A stretch of DNA of 64,000 nt from positions 6,092,707 through 6,156,706 of the forward strand of contig OZ037767.1 of NCBI GenBank assembly GCA_964035545.1, given 5' to 3'. The notes under the pieces are model-generated. The model was not told the DNA's origin. It did not search any database and saw only the letters and a program-made list of their open reading frames with translations. The position numbers were made by a program, and so were the translations under genes. The stretch's first letter is position 1, and every line of letters starts with the position of its first letter. The stretch comes from Bugula neritina (taxonomy: Eukaryota > Animalia > Bryozoa). Positions 34,601 through 49,000 of the stretch are shown one piece after another.

Positions 34601-37600
34601 TAATATAAAAGGGCTATAGAATGTTTCGAGTGTTTAATCGGTCTAGCAATTCAATTGTCTAATAATAATGAGCGTAGAGTCAACTCAATCCTTTAAATTT
34701 GTCAAATCACACTGAACACATATGGTAAAGTAGTTGTATTACAAACGTTCTGGCTAATTCACAATCAAAGTGTCCTTTAGCATCTTTCAAGTAGGCAAAT
34801 TTTGTCTTTTGTGGCTTAAGGACTGTTTGTCAGACCTAATGTGAAGTGTCTGCCAAAGTCACAAGTGGTAGTTACTCACAGCAATCTACACTCTGAGGAC
34901 TGTACCTTATTCACTGTAGTTGGTGACTAGATGATATCACCACCGAGCTAAAGGTACCATTGATCACCTGTCGAAAGTCGACAGGTAGGTAAACTGGGTA
35001 AGTACTCCTGCTGTAGGTTTACCTGCAGTCTGTCTATCCATCATTACAATCTTTTAAAGTCTTGTCTTGGCACTCAACTTTATATGACCTGCCGTACCTA
35101 CTTAGGAAAAGGAGCGAGTAGTAGGACTAACTTCATATTATATAGAAGTAACTATATCTTACTCTCATTGTGTAGGTGTCTAGTGCACAAGCTCATTTCA
35201 CTATTGTATTTGTATATAATTATTATGTACAAACTGACACACAGCTTTAATACGTTGTGTTTTTTCAACACCTGGGGTTGCCATTCAATAGCATTGTCTA
35301 TTGTATCATATTTTCGTTTGCAAATTCGCATAACTAAAGCCAAAATAATTGGCATAACCGTGACTATAACTACCATTACTGCTGGTAACGGGATATGTGA
35401 CCTTGATGTGAAAAATTTTACTTTGTTACTTTAAAGCAAGGTCTGATAGGTTTCCTAATTTGCTGATCTCAAAAGAAGGTTGTTGCAAGTAGAAGGCAAC
35501 TTCATATTACAAGTTGGCCAAGGACTACTTTTAACTAAATACTGGTAGGCCTATTATCAGTAGATTTATTGGTATGTCCATCACCTTCGAAGCTCATAGT
35601 ACTAATGATAACAGCTCATATACTGCCTATTACTTTATTTATTATACTTTTATTAACATCCTAAGTTCTGGTTACAAAGTCAATATACAATCAAATGACT
35701 TTTTCTAAGTTGTAGTAATAGTACGAGAGTTAATTTGTTGCATGGGGTATAAATATATGCTGAATTAGGAAAAAAGCAAGTTCAACTCAACTGGCATAGC
35801 TTATCATCTTTCAAGGAGAGGGTGAGGTGTTAGCTAAAGTTTGACTGTATTAAAAATAGCTGTCCTTTGTCATAATGGACACATTCTTATCTTACATACT
35901 CAAAAACAGTCATGAGAAAAAGAATTTCCTTCATATTCACTGTGTTCAACAGTAACAGCTGAGTTACAGTTTTGTGTGCACTTTTCAGCTTATGATGACT
36001 TTTACTACAAACTTGTAAAACAAACATACTTGTAGAACAAACTAACATCCCTTAATCCACTGTTTAGTCACTATATTTTATCAGTTATCAATACTACCTC
36101 ATAATATTATGTAAACAGGTATTACATGTACAGATATCTAAAGTAAATGGCTTTATCAGTCCTAACTTACCAATCTACTCACAGCCTGGGTAGCTGGACC
36201 AAAGAGTTTTTACTAAAGCGCAGCCCCCCCCCCCCCCTTCCTAAATTACAGAGCTTTCAGATTCATAAGCTGTTTAAACTGTGTTCTACCAGTTTATTTC
36301 TACGCTTGCTGAAAACTCTCAAGGTTACATATCAGCCAGCTGCACCCTGTTTCCACTTTCTCAGTCTGTAGTAAGCTGCATTTACACTATAGATTTAAGG
36401 TTTAGTTATAGCAACAGAGAGATATTTTTTTATAGAAAAATGCAGTTTTTATTTGAAAAGTAGAAACCATTTTGATGATTCGATTATTCTAACTAAAGTC
36501 ATATTGCTGATAAGGTTGAGCTGCTATTACACCACAATGACAGCGCAGCTCAGCTGTGATGTTTCACCATCTAGGGTAATTGGAAATCCAAAAGTTTCTG
36601 TTGTTTGTTTTCTAAACGTTAGTTAAATGCTTGGAATGACAATGATCTCCACAATAAACTGATCCCAAACTGCTGAGTAACATACAATATTTTTGCACCT
36701 GGAAATAAAAGACAATTTTATGCCGAAATAATATATCACTTACTTTATCTCTGCCTATGCAAACAGACTGATTATTTATACTCATTGTAATACTATAATG
36801 CTACAGAAGCTTTCAATTAGTGCATCTTACTAACCAGCTGTACTCAGTCTCATTATGAATAGGCTAACGCGTGTGTACCACCCCCAACTGAGTCCTTTGT
36901 GGCCCAATGAATCCTAGTCTAAGGTCTACCTATGTACTACAATGATATGAACAGACTGCATTTTATCAGTAGAAATACGGGCTTTGAGTTGTCAACTTGG
37001 ATCATTTGGAAGATGCCAGGGAAATGACTCAGTCTTGCTGCACAAGGTAAGGCTGTTGTGGTGAAACTCTAACACACATTACACTTGATACTTCCTCTAT
37101 ATGTTAGAAGTTATTATCTAAAACTTATCAAACAGACTCATGAGGTAATGTTGTCAACAATTGATTAAATGACAAAAATGAGATAAAATTATAAGGACCT
37201 TGGCTATGTGAAGGGGGGGGGGGGTGAGGGGGACTCAACTTTACTGCTTGTATTTTACCATCTGCACATACATCTTAAGCTAAGAGCTATGCAATGTTCC
37301 ATCTCTACGATCACATTGTGTCATGCTGCTCGCTAGCTTTTATTGTAAGCTGCATCATATTACGCACTCTTATTTATAATATACTGTTTCAATTATAAAA
37401 TTACTTGAATATAAGTAACTGAATCTGTCCGGCATATAGGTGTTTATATACAAATTCATAGGACTTGTGTTTCTTATTTAAGTTATTTATAGTAACTAGA
37501 TGCTACTAATCTTTAAATTAGTTGTGTCTTTATATGTGAAACCTATTTTAATGCTATACAGAGCGAAATGTAAAACTGGTCCACAAAAACAGAGAATGAT

Positions 37601-40600
37601 ATAAGAACCCAACTTTTCAATATTTGAACAGGAAAGTCGATGAGAGAGACAGTTCAATATGATAAAATATTAAACTTTTTTAGTAAATCATTTGTTACAT
37701 TTTGGTAACAAAAAAATGGTAGATGTCTACAATATAACCAGAATTATTGTACTCTTTGCTAAGGTCTTGCCATACAAATTTATTAAACTGCAGATAGGGA
37801 AGTCATAGAAGACATAAGTGTAATCAGAAGCGAAATTTCTTGTAGACTTGCTTTTTACAAGAGGCTTAAGCATAAGCAGGTAGAGAAATTAACTCTTTGT
37901 TGGATAAAAACAGCACAAAAAAACTTTGGTTCACTAACTTATTTTTATTTTTTAAATAAGATGGATAATTTTTATTTAAAATATTTTATGATGCCATATT
38001 AACTGCTTACTAACAAATATGAAAAACCCCAAGTTTTTATGTTTGTGGTGAATCAACATTACACAATGTTTGATACAGTTTATAGATATATACCTGAATT
38101 TACCAGTTTAGTATTTTTTCCTGCCTATTCTATAAATTTCTTTCAAACATACTGATATGCATAACATAAGAAGACCTTTATTGTTTCAAAACTGCAAAGT
38201 TATAGGCATGCTCATCTTTTGAAACCTTACGATGTATTCCTATTAGCATTACAATACAACTATTACTATTGCTGTTGTGTAATAAAACACGTTGGATTAA
38301 ATATAACTCTGTTTTAGCAAAAATATTTTGAAACTTGATGACATGACTTGTGTATATGTGTTTATATTATACTGGAAGCTGGTATAGTAAACCCCATAAT
38401 ACCTGCACCAATCTTATAGGTGAAATAGATGTAACTCTAAACTCTGTACAAGTAATTTCCGCTCTGGGAATATTCAATTAAAAAGTTTGTTAAAGTAGGC
38501 CCAGGGCTACAATATCTAGGAGTTCTATGGTTTTCATTTAATACCTTTTTCAAAATTGATTTAAAGTTGTGGTAACATTGATTCACCACACTTGATTCTG
38601 GACCCAGACTACAATACTAGTATATGAATCAAACAAGACCTCTAGTTCACTGACATAATTGCTTGCTTGTTGAAGAACCCTCAAGACATGAAGAGGCTGT
38701 GAAACCTCTTGCAGCTTCTCTCAGCTTTTATTTGTAACTAATATGTGGGGAGGAATAATCATCACCCCCTGGTGAGGTACTACTTCGTAGTGAAATATAA
38801 TAATATGATAAGTAAATAATAAAATGACACCTCTCCCACTTCAACCTGCATTCCCCCAGGCTTTGAGATATTAAATATTTCAAATTAAGGGTGAGAGTCC
38901 CATTTGCAGCTTGTGGTCGTATTATTTAATTAGGCTGAGGCTTAGATTTTGCATTAGATGCTGCCCGCAGACAATTACGTGCATTCGGTGTGTTCATTGC
39001 AGAGTGACTGGCTGGCTTGCTGATTATGCTACACAATGGGCTAATGTTTGAGCTGCATCACAGTCAATGGGTGCAATGAATTGTTCCATGACTAATTTAT
39101 ACGAGTCCTGAGCAATCATAATACTGTCTGCAGTTTGCACTATTTCTATGCATGAAAATTGAAACAATTCAATTGCATCGGTCTTGTTTACTCACGATTT
39201 AGCAGTCAAGGTTTCGTGGCCAATGGCATCTAGTTTGTCCCCGTTAGTTGCTCCTCCATAATTTTGAAATTATGCTTTTAGTTGCTCTGTTTTCAGAAAT
39301 TCTACAAAAATTACTTTTGAGCAATTATCTTCTACTCTCGAAATAAATATTTATGATTATCCCCCCTGTTGTAAGAGCAAGTCCAAGGTCAATAGTTTAG
39401 TGTAATAATATTGTTGCTATGATATTTGTTGTTTACTTCATTGAAACATGTATTCTGAAACTAGAGATGGATATTTTGACACTCAATAGCTGTTATAATG
39501 TGAAAGAGTCATAACCTTGTAACATTGTTGTTTCTAAAAATTAAAATCTTGAGTGACTTGTATTTACATATTTACTAACACAAATTCTATCATGTGCCAC
39601 ACTGACAGCACATAGGTATATATACATGTATATGGGTCTATTACTTTGACACCTAGTTTCACTATATAATCTTGTTGAAAACCAGCATTGGACCTGACAA
39701 AATGTCGCTTGGTATCTAAGCTGATACCAAAAATAGTTTACACATGTATAATATGCAGGTACACACGACAGGCCTGCATACAGACTAATGTTAATAATAT
39801 TTACACATGCACATCATAACATTATATAAGACAGCATCTGCAAGCACTCAGACTGCTACCTCAGTGGCATGTAATATGCTAATAATAACACATTGTGCTC
39901 AAGTTGCCAACTCTTATGGGAATCAACTGACAAAGTCTTAATAGTCTGTACAAAGAGTAAAGACTTCCCAGTGCAAGTTTCAAGCTGAACAGCTAACTGA
40001 AATCATTCACTTTTCCGCAGTACTTGTTTTAAACACTGACAAATTAAAATTTGTATTGATTTTGCTGCATAGGTTGAGATGGTAGCTTTAAGTAAATCTA
40101 ATTCCTATTATATACTTAAGTGTAAGGCATTCAGATAAACATTTCTATACGAGGAAACAAAAAGAGTGAATCAGAATCTCAAAGTCTTTCAAGTCATTTA
40201 AATCTTTTGAACTAAATAATGATTATTTTATTATTAGTCTGTAAGGAATTTGAAATACAACAACTAATCTCAAAAGTCATCGGCTATCAACTGGAAAGGA
40301 ATATCGTGATTCAATATATCACTGACTAATAAGGACGTTTACAAACAATATGGAATTAATGAACGGTGTTGTTTGTCTGTTATTTTGTTACCAACTGTCT
40401 ACACTACAGCTTGTTTGATCTTACAGCTATTGGACTCGTGAAAACTTCAAGCTGGTGTTGGTCAAATCTTCACAGGAATGTATTAAGCTCTGGTGTTAGG
40501 TGAGTGGGACAATGCCATACCATATATACTTATAGTATAGCTAGTCTGTAACTTGTAGACAATCTATTTGCTTGGAAGAAATTAGTTGTTGAAAGCTTTG

Positions 40601-41395
40601 AGGAATTAATTCACTCTGTTTTACAGTGGGCAGTTTTGTTGAAGTTAAAGTCTACTAAAAGTACATGGAAAAACTAAAATATTTTGTATTGCTGATAAGG
40701 ATACTTCAATTGATGCCAATATAGCTTTTCCTTATAATGTCAAATATTAATATCTGTCAAGAAATAGTTTCTTTGGCATCTAAGTAATTTGTACCTCTTT
40801 TTGCAAAGCAACTTAATGACATATAACTACTGTACTGAGAGGCACTCAAAGGAAGAGCCTTACTATACTAGGGTAGAACAAGGCTACCCTTATAATACAT
40901 GAGTTGTGATCATATATAAGTACTGTGTATAATATTAACCTTATTGTAATCTTATTAATTGATAATGTTCACCCCATTCCTGTATATTATAACTATAATT
41001 ATAACGTAATAGTATTGCAATCATAAATATGCACCTTAATATATAATGAACTATCATTATTCTATACTATTTACTTAAAGTACATGATCCAATAATTCTG
41101 ACACTCAAGGTTATTTAAAGGTTACACGTAGTCTTGCATTTCGCTGAATACATGAAACAAGAATTCCCCAATAAGCAATGAGTTGTCAGCACTTGGAGCT
41201 TAGAGTTTATAGTATAAAGAGGTGCATCAAGCAAACACAAATCAACTATAATATAAAGGATTGTCAGCAGTACTACTTCTAAAGAAAAAAAATAAATAAT
41301 ATATATGCCAAAAGTGTGCAGTAATAGCTACAATTTATTATAGGTGTGTTGACAGATAAATTTGTTGTATAAAGCAGTTTCGCCATTAAAGTCTA

Positions 41396-41410
41396 ACACA
41401 CACACACACA

Positions 41411-41478
<68 letters not shown>

Positions 41479-41479
41479 C
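41396..41479. repeat. (CA)n(CGCA)n(CA)n compound microsatellite
   Basis: Direct repeat. Confidence 0.95.
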
Positions 41480-42588
41480 TTCCTTTTAGAAGGTAATTCA
41501 CATGAAACATTAGTAATCATGATTATTATCACACTTTGATTATGGTACACTGACTTTTCATATTAGTTTGTATTAGAATGAGCTGTTTCATTTGTTGTGT
41601 AATATATCAGTTATAGTGATAGCGCACATCACGCAGAGCCTATGGGAGTTTATGCAAGTTTTTTTTTATAATACTGATGATAAGAATAATCATTTCCATT
41701 CATCCAATACTTCCTCAATATTTTCTTCTGCTTGTCACTGTTTTTGTTAGTAAATGGCTCTGCAGCAAAAAGTGCTTCACAAATGTGCATTTCCGTTACA
41801 ACTTATATTTTAGTAAACACCCAGAAATAAATACTTTTGAACTCTGGTGGTAATCGTATTCCTTTCATACTCTTATCTGGTCATAGGGTGTGACACACTT
41901 CAAAGTAAACAAGGCTATTAGTCATACATTTAGTTGATATTTAGACCTCTTCACCATTCACACCTTAGTTAATACTGCTTGGTTTGCCAATGTGGAATAT
42001 TTACAACATTTTATTAGCTAGTTTTATGATAACAACAAATCTACTGACAATAGAGTTTTAGATGTTGCACATTTGCTTCTAGTTCGCTTGATTTCAGCGT
42101 GACCCTTTATTATCAGAGGTTGATCTTAATCCTTTTTTATTTTATGATGATTACTCAGTTGTTGTTTTCTGATCGATCTACTGCAGATATTTCCAATAAC
42201 AATTACAAGCACAGCCTGTGTTGCTAGTAAGAACATCTCGAAAAGTAGAAAATCTCAATGCAAACTTGCCCTTTAACTACTACAAGGAATCTTAGATCAG
42301 ATTTCCTCATAGCCACTTCTCTAGTTTTACTATAATCTATATCCATGGTATCACTAGCAGCATTCTTTTTATTTATTAACATTCAACAAGAGAAGTTGTC
42401 TTCTCAGCAAAAATTTATAAACGATATAACAATTGAAAGTTATTTCCCATACCCATCCTCATTAGGTATTGAAACAGTGTTTAGACTATTAACAAATAAC
42501 AACTCCAACTACAACTCTATACTGCTACAACAACTACTGCTATAACAACTACCACAACTAATACTACAGTATTAGTTGTGGTCGTGAA

Positions 42589-42867
42589 GCAGCTGTAGTC
42601 TAGAAGTTAAAGCTTAATCTTAGTAATTTTTACACAAAGCCATGGGTTTGATCTCCAGTACAGGCCATTGGTGAGGTTAGGAAGAACATTCAGGCGTAAT
42701 TGCTCCTGTGCCACATCTGAATAAGCCCTTAGCTCAATGTAACAAAAACCCCTTCCATCAGGTGTTTCTCACAGGGATGGTGACTGTAAACATAGTATTA
42801 GTATTAGTATTAGTATTAGTATTAGTAATAGTATTAGTATTAGTATTAGTAATAGTATTAGTATTAG
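42589..42867 (+). mobile_element. tRNA-derived SINE with an (AGTATT)n 3' tail
   Basis: Degenerate A/B boxes (GGGTTTGATCTCC), a body shared with 23757-23932, and a hexamer tail at 42793-42867. Confidence 0.8.
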
Positions 42868-43031
42868 TCTCAGAAAGTATCCAGACATATCATTAATTCA
42901 ATCTCATTTTAAAGTCAGCGCGGCAAATCTGCTAAAACCAAAAAAAAAAAAAACATTATAAGAATAAAAATTAGAATATATATTTAGATCACTGTAGCTG
43001 TATTTTGATTCTCTGTTTCCTCTACAGTACA

Positions 43032-46000
43032 ATGCAAACTGGCCAGTTGTCTGCAAGCACCAGCATAGACAACTCAAGCTTTGTTAGTGGAGGCAGCAAA
43101 CAAGCAGCACCTATCAAGACAGCGATTATCAGGCCAACTAACTTCTACGATGGAAACAGACGATTAAGTTTTGGAGCATCGCCTGGCAGCAAGGTAAAAG
43201 ATATATCCCACCTACCTCCGCTCTGTCCTTTTCGAGTAACGGGGAAGGTAAAATATACATGCCATCAGTGAAAAAGTTTTTAGTAATTGTGCCATGAGAA
43301 GGTTTTTCAAATTTGTTCTGCAAAGGAAACTATACAATTGATTTACGTATAGAATATTTTAAGCTGATGGATAATAAAAAATAAGGACTTCAAAACCAAT
43401 TTAATCTTTAATATTAATACAATTTAGATCTATTTTTGTATTTGTTCTATATCAAAGTACATTTAGTATGATACATCTAAAGTATGTGTAAATGAGATCT
43501 TTTATATGGGCTGTAACTGTGTACATATATTTACACAATCATAGCCTGTATAAAACACATATGTTCATACTTTGCTTATGACTAGAATGCGACCATGCAT
43601 CTCTGCTGGTACCAGGACCTCTAGTCAAATGACACCAAAATTATTTCTGATACAAAACTATTTGTGTTACAAAAAAGTAGCACCCATCTAACTGTTCAAA
43701 CGTATAATATAATATAATCATCGCATTACATAAAATTTAATTTAAAGCTCTGTTTGACAGATATAATATATAAAGAAAATATCGTAACTGTAGGCGTTAT
43801 TGTAAAGTAATATAAAGGTATAAAAGCCATGCACAGGCATACTTAAAATTCGTTGGAAAAATGAGCATCACAAATATTGTGTAACATATAAAATAAACTA
43901 AATTATTTTAATTTAGAGAAAGACAAAATAGGATAAAAATAACAACTTGCATAATAGATAAGATTAGTTTCATTAGTGAATGTGGTAAAACAAGACTTTT
44001 TTAATGAGTGTAAGAGTTTAACATTGTCTGATGACAAGCAGCTAGTATATCTCAATAATGATATGCAGCTAAACAAGACAGAAAGAGCCTATACATTGTA
44101 ATAAGAGCAATGTCAAGGTGAAATTATTGGTAGATAGTTCAATAGAGAGAAAGAAGAAGCATGACCTTTGAGTATTTTTGATAACCTTTTGATACAGGAA
44201 TAACCTAATGGGTTTGAAATTTAACTCATTGTGACCCGGAACTATTTTGCTTTGTAAATCTCTGTAAGATCTGTTGCGTTATATTTGTAAAGAACATAGT
44301 TGCATCATGAGTTATATCCTTCAAGGTTTTTGAAATGGCTCGATCTGAAAGCAACCAAGTAATTAACAATTTAAAATTGATCTTTTTGATAATTTCCTTT
44401 TGACTTTTCTTATGAGAAAATTAAATGCAACCTTTGTTTCATTGTAGTTATAGTTGTAGATATGCATTATGACGGGATTTAAGTAAATTTACTTGCTTTT
44501 GACATATAATCAAAATTGTGTAGCTATAACTGAAATCTTTAGACATTTGTTACAACTTTACCAATCTGCATAACAACCTGCAACTTTTTATATGTTCTAG
44601 TTGCCTTTTATTGAAATAATTCAAGTATATTGATCCTTATTTTTGCCTTATTTATTGTTGCAACCTTTAAATTTGATCTACATGTATATAATCACAGCAA
44701 GTTAGTGACTTTAGTAAAACTCAATGAAATTAGGTAGAGCTCTGTTGCAACTTTAATCATTACGAGTGATAGCATAGTAGTCTTAGCCAAGTCACCTGAC
44801 TCTTTGAAGGTCATTATGTAACTGTTATATATTATTACATATTATTTTTATACCTGCACTTTTACTGTTTTTATTTAAAGCCACTTGAGCAACCAATCAA
44901 AATGGCATATAAACACCCCTTAGAGCTGTTAGTTCACTTCTAAAACAAGCTATTGGTGAGCTTGTTCTAGCTTTTCGTCAAAGATTGCATTAGCCATCAT
45001 GAGGGTAGTTGAGTCTTGGCTATTCATAGTTAAGGACCTATTAACTTTGATGTCACTAATAATACAAGCTACTTATGGTAGAGTAGTTGTTTCTCTCACT
45101 TCAAGTTGTAACACCTTTGAGCAGTGGTCTTGTTGAATACATGCAACTCGTCCAATTCTCCAGGTGAAGCTGCATACAAAGGTAGACCAGCAGACTAGCT
45201 ATTCCTCCCCAGTGAACTGCTCATCTGACATGTCTCCACTCACACCGGGAGCTGATAGTGACCCCCTATCTGATAATGGTGCAGTCATGTATGGAACTAA
45301 TGCTACGTGCAGAAGGAGATCTAAAGTTGAAGCTTGGATGGAAATGTCATCACCTACTCTTACAGACAACTCCTTTGAGGACAGTGGGTGAGTGTTGCGT
45401 AATATTGACAACCAGAAGTTATGCTTTGAAATTTTTAGCTGCTAAGTTTTTCAGAATGTAGTGCAGTTTGAAACTTAACTCCTACTTAACAGTACATGGC
45501 ATATAATCTATACTTTTCATTAACTTGATGCTTACAAAAACACCAGATCGATTTAATACATTTACAGAGTATGAACAGTTTTTATAATAATTCGTTTCAT
45601 TCTATTTAACTGCTGCCTTTCAGAGCACTCTAATGCTGCCTCCTAATGAGCTTGTTATGAAAACAAACATTGGATTGTAGTTGTATTGTTAACAGCATGC
45701 TTATTTCTCTCAAACACTTAATTCCCAATTGTTCATTACCAGCAGGTTACATCATTAGCTCCTTAACTTAAGCAATTAAAATAAATAATAGGCCTCTTTT
45801 GTAGTTATTATCTTTACACAGAAATAAACATATCTTCTAGACTAAGCTCATATGTAATCTCTATAGCTGTAGCTCTATTGATGCTTAAATGGCCTACTGT
45901 TTTACTCTATTATCTCTGTAATTATGTTAAAGTAAACCTGTACAATAGCTGTGTTGATAAGTTTTTACCTTCAGAGTAAAAGAAGTGACTAAGTAAGCTA

Positions 46001-49000
46001 GACGTATAACGCTACTCTTTTTATTTGAATCTCATTTTCCTTGTTTGCAGCATTTGTGTTACAAGGTAAAGTTTTTACGCATAATAATTTAAAGCAATTG
46101 CAACTAATTATTAAAATAATTCTAATTATTCTGTAGGAAAGCTTGTAGTTTCTTTTTTTGAAATAAAAATTTCAGTTTTTGAAGTTTAAAACAAGTATGA
46201 AAAAGAAGTAGCTTTTTTTCCTTTTTGTCAAATATCTACACTGTTTATTATGGGTGAATACTGCATATTGTGCAAATTATAAACTATGTTGTTTATACAT
46301 CACTATATGGGCAGAGTTTACAAACTAAATCTCCACATTATTATAAAGTATCCATTGCAGTTATCTATAAGCTGTCTAAAATTTTACTGTCGTAAGTAAT
46401 TAATTATAACATAATGTGTCGATGATGAAAATTAATATATTCCTAATACATATTCATTTTTGAAAAGTTATAGCTGGCATAAGTATATATTTTTAATGTG
46501 TTCTATAATTATTTAATATAAAAGTTGATTCAATATTATAATAGCTTTTATTATTAGGTAAATATTGTCGTCTTTCAGTAAACACAATATTCTTAGTCTA
46601 TAATAATTCTGAATTATTTCAGCAACTGTGGTAATAAACTGATAAATATTAAAAAACACGTTTACTTTTACATAACAAATATGTTGGTAGTTGAATGAAA
46701 GATTTTAGAACTTACATTAGTTTTATGAATTGCAACACCAAGCTTTTTGTTCAAACAATGGAATTAAGATATTAAATAAATTCTCAATAAAACATGTGTC
46801 TTTTCAAAGCAGTTTATATTTATTCATTTCCATGTTGGTTTATTTCAGGTCTGTTAATAGACTGTCGAATAAAAGGCAAGCAATGAAGCTATCGGCTACA
46901 TCAACATTGAGCAGGGAAGATATAGAGCTATCATTTGAAAATCTCTGCCAGGAGTTGCTCGCTCTCTCTGCTAGTTGTACTAATCTAGAGGGTACTATAG
47001 GGAAGGCTGAAAGTGAGTCAGGCAATGCAGCGCTCAAAAGGCCAACACTTGCTAGTACTAATGGGGAAGGCACAGAGGCAGCAAATAAACAACTGGCAGC
47101 CGACATTTCCGACAGGCACTGTGCCAGTACCTCATTGCTGATTAGGTCTGCTGACGCTAAGGAAATGGGGGTCACTGAGAGTGGATCTAGGCAGAATCTG
47201 AAGAGTATCCAGGAATATGAAGATATGAAGAGCACAAAGAATAATGGTTTTACCTCCAGCAAACCAACAAGTAACAGCAGGACGAAGGAAGGAAACAGCT
47301 CAACAGCTCAAAGCACCATAGTCCTGTCTGCTAAGAAAATGACAGCTTTGACAATAGATGTGGGGGGCAGTAAGTCCACCCGAAGTAGCTATATGTCTGC
47401 CTCCTCTGTGCCTATCAGAGATAGCCTGGTCACCATAACTAGTCCAGCCTACCGGTCACTAGCAAACGGGTCTCTCAGCCTTCCTCAGCAGCCGACCAGT
47501 ATGGTTCCCAGGTCTAAGTCATACAATCCTGTATCCAACAGCAGAACGGAAGAGAAATTGGATTCTCCCAGAGATGTCATGGGGTCTATACCGAGTCAGG
47601 GTGCACATACAGTAAGTTTTTAGTTTAGCGACCCAACTTTCACCTCTTTTTCACTAATTTTTTGTTTGGGGGACTGCAAAATAAAATCCACTAAAAGATT
47701 AACATGTAAGAATATAATATAAATACATCAGCAATTATTTTCTGTGGCATCACGTTTAAACTAATATGGGCGAACAAAAAGTTCAATGGTGACTTTTTAA
47801 GGTTGAGGACTAAGTAATTCTCACTGGAAATCAATTTAATGAACCATTATATAACATTCAAAACCTCATTTTTCCCAAAGAAATGATCCTAGTTTGAAAT
47901 ATTATTAGAAGGCATAACCTAAACTAATATTTTCCATAAAACTTATTCCCTCTGTTTGAGAGTTTGTCTTCCTGTTCAATGCTCATTGCTCTCTACATTA
48001 TTTTAGACCATGGAGAATAAAGAATGCCTTAATGGCTTAAATGGAAGTTCTGAGCCCTTAGAACTCTGTATTAATGGTGGTACTGATCACGTGGCTGCAG
48101 CAATAACTACCCAACATTCCACAAATGGTGTATTTGCTCCCAAGTCCACTAATCCTCGTTTTCACAGGTATTCCATTAAACACATTTTTGGCTTCGTCTT
48201 TTATAAAACTGTTTTGCTGGTTACTCTTTGCATATTTCATTTCATAAACTTTACATTTTTTCATAGCCTAGCAAAATACATTTTTTTAAAGCTGAATGGA
48301 AAAAATGATAACAGCTGAAAGAATACATATTTTAAAGCAACATTGCAGTGCATGCCTGGATGGATAATGACACCTTTGCATATTTGTTTGCTGTGTTCAC
48401 AAGCTTATTGTCCAACTTGCTATATTCAGCACATCAAACACAATTTATGTAGTTCTTGTGGTTTTGCCTCATTGTTTGACCTGTTAACAATGATGGTGCA
48501 CCCTACCAGTCGGGTCTTTTGCTGTTAAATTGGCTTTTTGTTTTCTGTTTATTTACTATATTTTGAATAGTCGTGGCTATTTATGGTTGATTGAAATCAC
48601 TGTGTACTGTGATGAGTGAAAAAGCCATCCAACAGTTATTGTAGTAGATGCATATTTGTATTCATGTTATATTGAAAGCATTTATTCTTGCACTGTGGTT
48701 CGGAGGAGATAAGGTGAAGTTGCCTTTACTTACTGATTGTTTCACTAATTAGCAATAAATTAGTTTTCTTTCTACGCTGAACTCATTATGCTTGATTATT
48801 TTCTAATAATGCGAATTTTATCTCAGCATCTATTGATATGGACTTTATTAACCATTTTGTAAATGTTAATGATGCTGATAATTGGTCACTTTTTTGCGAG
48901 AAGAAAGAATATTGCTGTCTGTGCCACTCATTCATTATTGTTATTTTCTGTGCAGCACTTCTGAAGGGTGTCTGCCTCTTCATTAGGTATCTTATTACTA

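Noticed and set aside
46840-47262. 140-aa minus-strand ORF (and similar antisense ORFs at 5407, 11230, 25963, 51852)
   Set aside because: Antisense shadows of real coding exons.
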